64,000 nt of DNA from a virus. Taxonomy: Duplodnaviria; Caudoviricetes. The notes beneath the pieces are model-generated. The model did no database searches, was not told where the DNA came from, and was given only the letters and a program-made list of their open reading frames with translations. A program made the position numbers and the translations under genes. Positions 29,378 through 38,344 of the stretch are shown piece by piece; the stretch's first letter is position 1, and the number at the start of each line of letters is the position of its first letter. The stretch covers positions 2,042-66,041 of IMG/VR virus record IMGVR_UViG_3300024319_000502; one strand, 5' to 3'.

Positions 29378-30246
29378 ATGCATCAGCCCTGACAGGGACA
29401 ACTGTTGATATATCTGTTCTACTACCTACTAGAGGTAGAGGCAAACTAGCAGAACGTTCATTGTTATCCTTAATTGATCGAGCTAAGGACAATACTAGAA
29501 TTGAATATCGTATAGCTCTCGACAATGATGATAAAGAATCAGTTGATTACTTTGATAAAACTGTAATGCCTGCATTTAAAGAAAGAGATCTTAACTTTGT
29601 AATAGTAACAACACCACCAATTGGGTATCAAAGACTAAATGAATATGTTAACTATTTAGGAAAATATGCACAAGGTCGTTGGTTAATGTTTTGGAATGAT
29701 GATGCTATTATGGAAACAGATCATTGGGATGAAATAGTAGCAACACACACAGATAAGTTTCGTGTGTTACGTATGCAAGAACAAAGCAAACATCCTTATG
29801 CTATATTTCCTATTGTTCCTAAGGAATGGTATTACTTGTTAGGCACATTAAGCACACACCAAATGAGTGATGCACAAATTAGTCAGATTGGTTACATGTG
29901 CAATATTGTAGAAAACATTGATGTACACTGTACACATGATCGTTTTGATCTAACAGGCAATAACAATGATGAAACATATAATAATAGACCACAACTAGAA
30001 GGCAATCCTGAAAATCCTAAAGATCTAAATAGTCCACAAACTGCTCAAAGTAGATTTGAACAAGCTATTAGAATTATGTGGTATCTTAATAAGATAGGCG
30101 ACGGTAATGATCATTTACAAAACTCATTACAACATGGCGAAGATTTGTGGAAACATTTAAAAGCCAATGATCCTAACGGACATACTTCAAGATACAGTGT
30201 TGACAAAGAGACTGGTAAACAAGTAAAGTCTAACGAAGATGAGTAA
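29368..30246 (+). CDS. GT2-family glycosyltransferase
   Basis: ISVLLPTRGR, LDNDD, FWNDDA. Confidence 0.8.
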   Translation: MELDASALTGTTVDISVLLPTRGRGKLAERSLLSLIDRAKDNTRIEYRIALDNDDKESVDYFDKTVMPAFKERDLNFVIVTTPPIGYQRLNEYVNYLGKYAQGRWLMFWNDDAIMETDHWDEIVATHTDKFRVLRMQEQSKHPYAIFPIVPKEWYYLLGTLSTHQMSDAQISQIGYMCNIVENIDVHCTHDRFDLTGNNNDETYNNRPQLEGNPENPKDLNSPQTAQSRFEQAIRIMWYLNKIGDGNDHLQNSLQHGEDLWKHLKANDPNGHTSRYSVDKETGKQVKSNEDE

Positions 30247-31018
30247 TCTAGAACAAGAAATAAAAGATTATTGGAACAATCAACCTTGTAATGTTAAACA
30301 CGGAACTAGCGAAGTTGGTACTCGAGAGTTCTTCAATGAAGTTACTGCTAAACGTTTTCGAGCAGAACCGCACAACTTAGACTTTCCGCAGTTTCATCAA
30401 TACAGAGGTAAGCGTGTGTTAGAAATTGGCTGTGGTATAGGAACTGATGCACAACAATTTGCACAAAACGGTGCTCACTATGTAGGCATTGATCTAAGTG
30501 ATGAAAGCTTAACACTAGCCAAACAACGTTTTGAAGTATTTGACCTTAAAGGTGACTTTTATAATATTGATATGACTAACTTAAATGAACTTAAAAAATT
30601 AGGTACATTTGATTTAGTTTACTCATACGGAGTTATACACCACTTTCCCAACATAGAAAAAATTATAACAAACGTTCACACTGTTCTAAATACCGGTGGA
30701 GAATTTAAGTTTATGGTCTATGCCAAAAACTCTTGGAAGTATGCTATGATTAGAAAAGGATTAGATCAGTTTGAAGCACAGAGTAATTGTCCTTATGCTG
30801 AAGCATATACCAGTGAAGAAATTGAACAACTTTTAGGTAAAAAATTTACCATAGAAAGGTTGCGTCAAGCACACTGTTTCATGTATAATATAGACAAGTA
30901 TAAAGAAGGTAAGTTTGAATTAGAACCATGGTTTGAAGCAATGCCAGAACTTATGCGTGAAGCAGTTAAAGAATACTTAGGATGGCATTTACTAGTTAAA
31001 GCGAGGAAAACATTATGA
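30239..31018 (+). CDS. Class I SAM-dependent methyltransferase
   Basis: VLEIGCGIG, GIDLS, FDLVYSYGVIHH. Confidence 0.9.
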   Translation: MSNLEQEIKDYWNNQPCNVKHGTSEVGTREFFNEVTAKRFRAEPHNLDFPQFHQYRGKRVLEIGCGIGTDAQQFAQNGAHYVGIDLSDESLTLAKQRFEVFDLKGDFYNIDMTNLNELKKLGTFDLVYSYGVIHHFPNIEKIITNVHTVLNTGGEFKFMVYAKNSWKYAMIRKGLDQFEAQSNCPYAEAYTSEEIEQLLGKKFTIERLRQAHCFMYNIDKYKEGKFELEPWFEAMPELMREAVKEYLGWHLLVKARKTL

Positions 31019-31224
31019 GTACAGGACTATTAGTTTTTGGTTTATGGATATTATTTTGTGCAGTAGTGGTAGGCGGCGTTCTTTGGGTACTTAGTCTTAT
31101 GACTGAGGCTGAGGATGAAGAATGTCCATTAGGGAAAGACTGTAAATTTAAAGACAAAGTTATAGAAAATAACGACGAGTATGAACATACTAAAGAATAC
31201 TACGATACAGAAAGGAACAAGTAA
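31015..31224 (+). CDS. Small membrane protein
   Basis: N-terminal TM helix, charged tail. Confidence 0.6.
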   Translation: MSTGLLVFGLWILFCAVVVGGVLWVLSLMTEAEDEECPLGKDCKFKDKVIENNDEYEHTKEYYDTERNK

Positions 31225-32091
31225 TTGAAAAAACTTAAAGTAGCAGAGATATTTTACAGTTTACAAGGTGAAGGTAAATGGGCTGGTGTTCCTAGTGTAT
31301 TCTTAAGAACGTTTGGCTGTAACTTTCAATGTAGAGGGTTTGGTTTACCTAGAGGTGAGCAAACTACACAACCTGAGGAAATAGCCGAAGCAGTTGCAGA
31401 GTTTAAAACATATGAAGAACTTCCGTTGGCAAATACTGGTTGTGATAGTTATGCGTCATGGCATCCAAAGTTTAAGCATTTATCTCCAGTATTAGAAACT
31501 GGTGCAGTTCGAGAGCGTATGGAAGATCTTATTCCTCACAATACTTGGACACAAGACAACTATGAAGATGTACACTTAGTCATTACAGGTGGCGAACCGT
31601 TATTAGGTTGGCAACGTAGCTATCCTGAACTAATTGCATCATGTATGGATAACGGCTTACAAAACGTTACGTTTGAAACTAATGGTACACAACCATTGCA
31701 TGAAGATTTTAAAACATTCTTTAAAACAGTATGGCACGAAGAACGTGGATATCAAAAGTTAACGTTTTCAGTGAGTGCTAAACTACCTGATTCAGGTGAG
31801 AAGTGGGAAGAAGCTATACTTCCAAATGTGGTCACAGAATACGAAAATTACGGATATACATACTTAAAGTTTGTAGTAGCAACTGAAGAGGATGTTAAGG
31901 ATGTTGATCGTGCAGTAAAAGAATATAGATCAGCAGGATTCAAAGGACCAATATACTTGATGCCTATCGGTGGACTACCTGAAGACTATCATTTAAATAC
32001 AGCACAAGTTGCTGAGTTAGCTATGGCAAGAGGTTATAGATATTCACCTAGACTGCAAGTTGACATATGGAGAAACGCTTGGGGAACTTAA
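31225..32091 (+). CDS. queE: 7-carboxy-7-deazaguanine synthase (radical SAM)
   Basis: EIFYSLQGEG, FLRTFGCNFQC...CDS, TGGEP, ETNG, SPRLQ. Confidence 0.92.
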   Translation: MKKLKVAEIFYSLQGEGKWAGVPSVFLRTFGCNFQCRGFGLPRGEQTTQPEEIAEAVAEFKTYEELPLANTGCDSYASWHPKFKHLSPVLETGAVRERMEDLIPHNTWTQDNYEDVHLVITGGEPLLGWQRSYPELIASCMDNGLQNVTFETNGTQPLHEDFKTFFKTVWHEERGYQKLTFSVSAKLPDSGEKWEEAILPNVVTEYENYGYTYLKFVVATEEDVKDVDRAVKEYRSAGFKGPIYLMPIGGLPEDYHLNTAQVAELAMARGYRYSPRLQVDIWRNAWGT

Positions 32092-32831
32092 TATCTAATT
32101 TGCTTGACGATCCAGGGAAAGTTAGTTGGCAGTGGGCAGTTAGTATTATATCAATTGTATGTTTAATTCTAGGTAAATTTGCCTGGATTGACTTGTTATG
32201 GATTCTTATAGCACATTACGTTATATATCTAGTAGGCTTAGAAATTGGATACCATAAACTACTAGCTCATAAGGCATTTAAAACTAATAGTTGGATTAAA
32301 AACATATTAGCATTTATAGGTAATATAACATGCCATCCACCTGTCCTACAATGGGTAACTATACACAGATTGCATCATGCAACCAGTGACGGGTTAGGTG
32401 ATCCACATTCTCCCTGGGTTCCAAAAAGAGGTCTGCTATCATATCTATTTTTTACCAGATGGGAACCTATGGTTAGAGAGTACGAGTTTAAAAATGATAA
32501 ATTTTTAATATGGTTAACTAATCATCAAGGACTATGCTTATGGTTTACAACAGCTATATTATTATCGTTTTTTGATCTAACAACTGTGTTAGTTTGGTTT
32601 GCTATCCCAAGTATAATATCACCTTACTGTTTAGGACTAGCTAACTATGTTACACACCAAGGAAAACATAACGGATACGATCATGCACAGAATTGGTATT
32701 GGATAGAACCTATAGCACCAGGTATGGGCTTTCATGGTAATCATCACGATAAACCAGGTACTTGGACTTTAGCAAAAAAATATTGGTGGATTGACTTATC
32801 AAGCATTATTGTAAAATTAATAAAAAGGTAG
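32067..32831 (+). CDS. Membrane fatty-acid desaturase (delta-9-like)
   Basis: His boxes HKLLAH, HRLHH, HGNHH; DPHSP. Confidence 0.9.
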   Translation: MEKRLGNLISNLLDDPGKVSWQWAVSIISIVCLILGKFAWIDLLWILIAHYVIYLVGLEIGYHKLLAHKAFKTNSWIKNILAFIGNITCHPPVLQWVTIHRLHHATSDGLGDPHSPWVPKRGLLSYLFFTRWEPMVREYEFKNDKFLIWLTNHQGLCLWFTTAILLSFFDLTTVLVWFAIPSIISPYCLGLANYVTHQGKHNGYDHAQNWYWIEPIAPGMGFHGNHHDKPGTWTLAKKYWWIDLSSIIVKLIKR

Positions 32832-32837
32832 TATACT

Positions 32838-32957
32838 ATGTTTAAATGGTTAACAGAGTTTTGGGAAGATTATATACTAATGAAAGATATAGAACTGTTA
32901 GACGAAGCGTATATGGAACTTAAGATAGACGAAAAGATGCATCATGGAGAATTTTAA
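32838..32957 (+). CDS. Tiny hypothetical protein (39 aa)
   Basis: MFKWLTEFWEDY...HHGEF fills the gap; TAATG coupling to the next gene. Confidence 0.5.
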   Translation: MFKWLTEFWEDYILMKDIELLDEAYMELKIDEKMHHGEF

Positions 32958-33316
32958 TGTTTGATAAAATTAAAAAAGTATTTAAAAAAGAACCAGTTAA
33001 AAAGACAAAAGGCAAAAAGAAAACTGATATGGATATTGCCACAGAAAAAGGTGAGCCATATGTTAATGTGATTAGCATGGATATTAATCCAGAACAAATT
33101 AACGACGGTGCCTTTGAACTAGAGTTTAATGACTTGTTTCTTGCTAAGTTAATTAAGGCAGGATATCAAGAAAAGAAAGATGAAACTGATATACAAATAG
33201 TTGATCGTTGGTTCCAAACTATTTGTCGTAATGTTGCTCAAGAAACATACGAGCAGTATCAAGCAGATCCAGACAACAGGAAAGACTTAGGCGGCGGTTA
33301 TACGGAGGTTAAATAA
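32957..33316 (+). CDS. Hypothetical protein
   Basis: ORF with GGAG SD. Confidence 0.7.
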   Translation: MFDKIKKVFKKEPVKKTKGKKKTDMDIATEKGEPYVNVISMDINPEQINDGAFELEFNDLFLAKLIKAGYQEKKDETDIQIVDRWFQTICRNVAQETYEQYQADPDNRKDLGGGYTEVK

Positions 33317-33438
33317 TGGACTTATCATTTATTACAGCAGATTTATTAAACAACATATCATGGTGGGACGGTATCATTTATATATTAATGGCACTTGTGG
33401 TATACGCACTCATTAGATGGATTAACAAAAAAATATGA
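33316..33438 (+). CDS. Tiny membrane peptide (40 aa)
   Basis: MDLSFITADLLNNISWWDGIIYILMALVVYALIRWINKKI; GGAGG SD. Confidence 0.6.
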   Translation: MDLSFITADLLNNISWWDGIIYILMALVVYALIRWINKKI

Positions 33439-33782
33439 AACTAGAAGACACTCCTTGGTTTGAATCAACACCAATAATGGATCACCCATTATTTTTAGTA
33501 TTTGAAGACAAGTATCCTGTAACCAAAGGACACTTATTGTTTGTTCCTAAAGTAGACGACCCGATGCACAGAAAAGCCTGCTACGAAGAAGCATATGATT
33601 GGGGATTAGATCTATACCAAAAAGGTTACTGCTCTGGTTTTAATATAGGACAAAACGTAGGCGAGTCAGCAGGACAAACAGTAATGTATCCTCATGTACA
33701 TATGATTCCACGCACAGACGGCGATTGTGCAGATCCTAGAGGCGGTGTACGTGGTGTTATTGCAGACAAGCAAAAGTACTAG
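33435..33782 (+). CDS. HIT family nucleotide hydrolase
   Basis: DKYPVTKGHLLFVP, AGQTVMYPHVHMIPR (first His of the triad is Y). Confidence 0.9.
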   Translation: MKLEDTPWFESTPIMDHPLFLVFEDKYPVTKGHLLFVPKVDDPMHRKACYEEAYDWGLDLYQKGYCSGFNIGQNVGESAGQTVMYPHVHMIPRTDGDCADPRGGVRGVIADKQKY

Positions 33783-34484
33783 ATGATACTTGTAGTCAAT
33801 GGCGATAGTCACACTGCTGGTGCTGAAATTGTAAATACTTACGCATTCGCAGAAGATGATCCTAAGTATGTTTATCAAGGACGCAAACCACACCCAGATA
33901 ATATTCCTTTAAGTTGGGGAGCGTTATTAGCAAAACCATTAAATGCAAAGTTTCACTGTCTAGCAGAATCTGCATCAGGCAATGAACGTATTATAAGAAC
34001 TACTAAAGAATACTTAAAACAATACGACGGCAAAGAAGAACTGTTAATAGTTATTGGTTGGTCAACTTGGGAAAGACAAGAATGGTTAATCGACGGAACG
34101 TACTTTCAAGTTAATGCTAGTGGTATAGATGATGTTCCAGACAGTCACAAAACCAAATACAAACAATTTATTGCTGATATAGATTGGTTAAAATGTACAC
34201 AACAAGCACACAAAGATATTTGGCAATTCCACGAAGAACTCAAACAACAAAATATTAATCATTTATTTTTTAATTGCAACAGTCACTTTGGTGATATTAA
34301 AGAACAAAAAGATTGGGGTCTCAACTATATTGCACCATATGACTATAATGAAACTTTTGATAAATGGTTAACTGATAATGGTTGTGATAAAGTAGCTCAA
34401 AATAGTTATCATTATGGTAGTGATGCTCATAGTCTATGGAAAACCAAAATACTTCGTTATATCATTGACAATAAACTCGTTTGA
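33783..34484 (+). CDS. SGNH/GDSL-like protein
   Basis: NGDSHTAG, SGN, HYGSDAH. Confidence 0.65.
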   Translation: MILVVNGDSHTAGAEIVNTYAFAEDDPKYVYQGRKPHPDNIPLSWGALLAKPLNAKFHCLAESASGNERIIRTTKEYLKQYDGKEELLIVIGWSTWERQEWLIDGTYFQVNASGIDDVPDSHKTKYKQFIADIDWLKCTQQAHKDIWQFHEELKQQNINHLFFNCNSHFGDIKEQKDWGLNYIAPYDYNETFDKWLTDNGCDKVAQNSYHYGSDAHSLWKTKILRYIIDNKLV

Positions 34485-34493
34485 TCATATAAT
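34465..34493 (+). promoter_or_regulatory. Sigma70-type promoter
   Basis: TTGACA-17-TATAAT, 6 nt before ATG 34500. Confidence 0.8.
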
Positions 34494-34499
34494 AATAAA

Positions 34500-35501
34500 A
34501 TGAAATACTTATTAATAGACACAGCAAATACATTTTTTAGAGCTAGGCATTCAGCGTATAGAGCTAGTGACCTTGAAGAAAAGGTCAGCTTTGCAATACA
34601 TGTTACCCTGGCAAGTATCAATAAAGCATTCCGTGATCAGAAAGCAGATCATGTGATATTCTGTTTAGAAGGACGTTCATGGCGTAAAGACTTTTATGAG
34701 CCATATAAGAAAAATAGATCAGTGGCTAGACAAGCACAGACAGAAAGTGAACAAAGAGAAGACGAAGCATTTTGGGGTGCATTTGATGACTTAACATCTT
34801 TTATTAAAGATAAAACTAACTGCACTACACTGCAACATGCTAATCTAGAAGCAGATGATTTAATAGCAGGTTGGATACAGAGTCATCCTAATGATCAACA
34901 TACTATTGTAAGTTCAGACACAGACTTTTATCAACTACTAGCAGACAACGTAAAACAGTATAATGGTATATCAGATGAACTACACACGCTTGAAGGTATA
35001 TTTGATAAAAAAGGCAATCGTGTTATTGATAAGAAAACTAAAGAACCAAAAGAAATACCTAATCCTGAATGGATTCTATTTGAAAAATGTATGCGAGGTG
35101 ATGCAACAGACAATGTGTTTAGTGCTTATCCTGGTGTACGTAAAAAAGGTACACGTAACAAAGTAGGCTTGTTAGAAGCATTTGACGATAGAGATAGCAA
35201 AGGTTATAATTGGAATAACTTAATGCTACAGCGTTGGGTTGATCATAATGAACAAGAACATCGTGTGTTAGATGATTATGAACGTAATAGAATACTAGTA
35301 GACTTGACAATGCAACCAGATGATATTAAAGTTAAAATTGCTGAAACAATAGCAGATGGTCAGCAGGCAAAAACAGTACAACAGATAGGAACAAAGTTCT
35401 TAAAATTTTGTGGTAAGTACGATTTAGTAAAATTAAGCGATAATGCAACAACAATAGCGGAGTGGATGAACGTAGGTTATCCAGAAAAAGATTATGGTTG
35501 A
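34500..35501 (+). CDS. rnh: T4 RNase H-like 5'-3' exonuclease / flap endonuclease
   Basis: LLID, WRKDFY..YKKNR, EADD, SSDTDFYQL, GDATDNV. Confidence 0.9.
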   Translation: MKYLLIDTANTFFRARHSAYRASDLEEKVSFAIHVTLASINKAFRDQKADHVIFCLEGRSWRKDFYEPYKKNRSVARQAQTESEQREDEAFWGAFDDLTSFIKDKTNCTTLQHANLEADDLIAGWIQSHPNDQHTIVSSDTDFYQLLADNVKQYNGISDELHTLEGIFDKKGNRVIDKKTKEPKEIPNPEWILFEKCMRGDATDNVFSAYPGVRKKGTRNKVGLLEAFDDRDSKGYNWNNLMLQRWVDHNEQEHRVLDDYERNRILVDLTMQPDDIKVKIAETIADGQQAKTVQQIGTKFLKFCGKYDLVKLSDNATTIAEWMNVGYPEKDYG

Positions 35502-35982
35502 AACTAACGAAAAAAACTTAACAGATATTAAAGTAACTATACATGCAAAGCCTATTGTGAAAGATCAGTTTTGGGTCTTAACAGCAGGTGACAAACGCAT
35601 AGGTGAAATTAATAAAGCAAGCAAAGGATATAAACTTAAAATTGGAGACTCAGTCTTTACCTATAAAAATGTAGGCAGGATTAAAGCCAATGTTAACATT
35701 ATGTTTGACAGACAAATTACTGCTAAACAGAGAGATGAAAATCAAGTTCATCAATATCCTACAGATGATAAACCATTTAATGGTGTTTGGTCATTACAAC
35801 AAAAAGCACCCATCTTTACTAAAGAAGAAAACTCAAAATCCTGGTTCGCCGCTGGGTGGTATCTAGTAAAACAAAATAAGATATGGCGTCAAGACTTTTG
35901 TCCTAAACTAATTACCTTACAAAGGTATCAGCATCATGGACCATATAAATCACAAAAAGAACTATTAAAAGTAAAAGCATGA
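35494..35982 (+). CDS. Hypothetical protein
   Basis: Clean ORF in operon. Confidence 0.7.
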   Translation: MVETNEKNLTDIKVTIHAKPIVKDQFWVLTAGDKRIGEINKASKGYKLKIGDSVFTYKNVGRIKANVNIMFDRQITAKQRDENQVHQYPTDDKPFNGVWSLQQKAPIFTKEENSKSWFAAGWYLVKQNKIWRQDFCPKLITLQRYQHHGPYKSQKELLKVKA

Positions 35983-36176
35983 TACACATACAAAGATTCT
36001 TAGATAGAATAAAGTTTTTACAACAGCAAAATTCAAAAGAATATACTGTGTCAATGCACGAAGCACGAAATCTACACATGGACATTACCAAATTACTGTT
36101 AGAATTAAAAAAATATCAAGATGGTACGAGCAGTGATGAAGCAATTAGTGTAGAAGTAAAAGGCGAAGACTTTTAA
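35979..36176 (+). CDS. Small hypothetical protein
   Basis: ATGA-coupled ORF. Confidence 0.65.
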   Translation: MIHIQRFLDRIKFLQQQNSKEYTVSMHEARNLHMDITKLLLELKKYQDGTSSDEAISVEVKGEDF

Positions 36177-36248
36177 CCCCACGTAATCATTAACTACCTA
36201 GTTAATTTGATAAATAATAGTACAATATTATTCAGGTAAATTAACATA

Positions 36249-36566
36249 ATGAGTAGACCTAAACCAACGGTACTGGTTGAGATAACCGATAAAGAAACAT
36301 ATAAAACTGAGCAAGTACTTGCATCAGATGGTATATGGGCAATCTATTATCAAGACCGACCGATAAACTTAAAAACAAGTAACTATCTTGTTCAATATCC
36401 AGGACCTAAATATAAGAAAGTATCATTTAGTAATCCAGGGCACGCTATTAATCTAGCAAAAAAGCTCAATGAGCAATTCAAAACAGACGAGTTCTCAGTA
36501 GTACTTCTAAACAAAGGTGAGACTGTCTTTCCAGCAGATGCAAAAAAGTCGACAAAGTCTAACTAA
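36249..36566 (+). CDS. Hypothetical protein
   Basis: ORF with TAAATA upstream; GPKYKKVSFSNPGHA. Confidence 0.7.
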   Translation: MSRPKPTVLVEITDKETYKTEQVLASDGIWAIYYQDRPINLKTSNYLVQYPGPKYKKVSFSNPGHAINLAKKLNEQFKTDEFSVVLLNKGETVFPADAKKSTKSN

Positions 36567-36909
36567 AAGGCTTTGTCAATTAACCAAAAACCCAACCGAA
36601 TATGAAACTGCGTTAAAAACATGGTGGTGGTCAAAGTATTCTAACGGAGGCCTCAGACTTACTGTTGACGGCTTACTATGTTTTACTAATGATATCAACA
36701 TACAATCATATTCATGGAAGTTGCCCGAGCCATTGAGAGTAACACCTGGTATATTACTAAAGTTAGATCGTAAGTTAGATAATCCTTACTATGTTAGATT
36801 TGGAGGCAAGAAAGAAATGTTTGTAAATGAACTAATCTTGTTTGCTGAAAAAGATGCTACATTTCTTGCTTTGATAGGTAGCTTGGATAAGTTCTTAGAA
36901 AACTTATAG
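36538..36909 (+). CDS. Hypothetical protein
   Basis: ORF; ATG start chosen. Confidence 0.6.
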   Translation: MQKSRQSLTKRLCQLTKNPTEYETALKTWWWSKYSNGGLRLTVDGLLCFTNDINIQSYSWKLPEPLRVTPGILLKLDRKLDNPYYVRFGGKKEMFVNELILFAEKDATFLALIGSLDKFLENL

Positions 36910-37641
36910 CCAGCGAGCTAACTTAAAAGTAACCAATAGCTGACAGTACCAATACCCTATATCAAATTCAAACCAACGCACTGCAAAGTTTCTGCGTGAT
37001 GCATCATTGTGATGATTAGTATGAAGTTCTTCTCCGCCTAATAGAACTGCAACAGGAAATACTATCTTACTTTGATCTTTGCCGGTACTTGCATAATTAA
37101 AACCAATTTTATGTATGACCCACTTACCGACAAATGTAATAAACATATTGTGAAATAAAGCATATACTACAGCAACAGCAAAACCAGTGACTCCAAATAA
37201 CAATGTTTGAATAACTATGTGTATCCATAATCCTAAATTAGGAAACTTCCAAAAGACATGTTCTAATGTATCATTGTGTATAGCAACATTACCTGCATAC
37301 TTTTCATATTCTTCTTTACTAATATAATGATCGCTTTCAGGTAACATATGTGTATTAGCATCTGACAGTTCTTTAAATGTTTGATGTACTGGACTATGTG
37401 GGTCGTTTTTTAAATCTGAATATCTATGGTGTTTTCTATGATGTGTAGCATAGTGTTTTGCCCAACCTGGCCAGTTAAATGCTACTGTTGCCCATAACCA
37501 AAATCTAAATAATCCTTCAACTACAGGATTAAATTTTATATAAGAATGTGCGATTGCTCTATGTACATATATACTCTGAATAGCTACTGTAATATGCCAT
37601 ACAACAATAAAATCAATAATAAAAAGGGTTAAGTTGAACAT
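36904..37641 (-). CDS. Membrane fatty-acid desaturase (second copy)
   Basis: HRAIAH, HRKHH, DPHSP, GEELHTNHH, WFEFDIG; start moved to MFNLTLF. Confidence 0.9.
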   Translation of the reverse strand: MFNLTLFIIDFIVVWHITVAIQSIYVHRAIAHSYIKFNPVVEGLFRFWLWATVAFNWPGWAKHYATHHRKHHRYSDLKNDPHSPVHQTFKELSDANTHMLPESDHYISKEEYEKYAGNVAIHNDTLEHVFWKFPNLGLWIHIVIQTLLFGVTGFAVAVVYALFHNMFITFVGKWVIHKIGFNYASTGKDQSKIVFPVAVLLGGEELHTNHHNDASRRNFAVRWFEFDIGYWYCQLLVTFKLARWL

Positions 37642-37646
37642 GATAA

Positions 37647-37679
37647 TATTTATGCCCACAGATACCTGGTGTATAAATA
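37647..37679. promoter_or_regulatory. Back-to-back divergent late promoters
   Basis: TAAATA on - (37652-37647) and TATAAATA on + (37672-37679), each 5 nt from an ATG. Confidence 0.65.
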
Positions 37680-37684
37680 CTGGC

Positions 37685-38344
37685 ATGAAACAATTCACCT
37701 CTTGGAATCCGGACTGGCGCTATACTAAATTCAACATAGATTGTCTGAAGGAAATTCAACAAGAATTTTTAAATGTTCGTAAACTAATTTGGCATAAACA
37801 TAGTGATCAAAACTTAGAGGATCCAGATCCATCCTGGTGGGACTTTTCAATGATGCCAAGACAAGAACTTGAGCCGTTGGTTCCTACATTAGCTAATTGG
37901 TTTAAAAGTAAAGGTATATTAGATAAGTGGTCATCAACAGCTTTTGCTGTAGTTAATAAATCTAGTAATCCAATGGATATTCATGTAGACAGCACTGTTA
38001 TTGATGTTAGAAGATATAGTTTAAATATGCCTTTTATAAACTGCGACAATACCTGGACTGTATGGTACGATGCAGATGTAGATCAAACACGACTGCCAAC
38101 TGACATACCTCCTGAAGTATTACACTCGAGATTTAAATATGATCCAACGTTGAGATTTGGGCTATGGTATCAAGAACAAACTGCAACAGAAATAGATCGT
38201 GCTGAAATGGATTCGCCAGTAATAATAAACATCACTGTGCCACATAGACCCGTTAGTGGACACGAAGATACACGTATTTTACTATGTCATAGATTTACTC
38301 CTGAACTTACAACCGAAGAGGTATTAACTATATGCAACCAATAA
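37685..38344 (+). CDS. Cupin / 2OG-Fe(II) oxygenase-like protein
   Basis: IHVD, SLNMP, VPHRP...R motifs. Confidence 0.6.
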   Translation: MKQFTSWNPDWRYTKFNIDCLKEIQQEFLNVRKLIWHKHSDQNLEDPDPSWWDFSMMPRQELEPLVPTLANWFKSKGILDKWSSTAFAVVNKSSNPMDIHVDSTVIDVRRYSLNMPFINCDNTWTVWYDADVDQTRLPTDIPPEVLHSRFKYDPTLRFGLWYQEQTATEIDRAEMDSPVIINITVPHRPVSGHEDTRILLCHRFTPELTTEEVLTICNQ

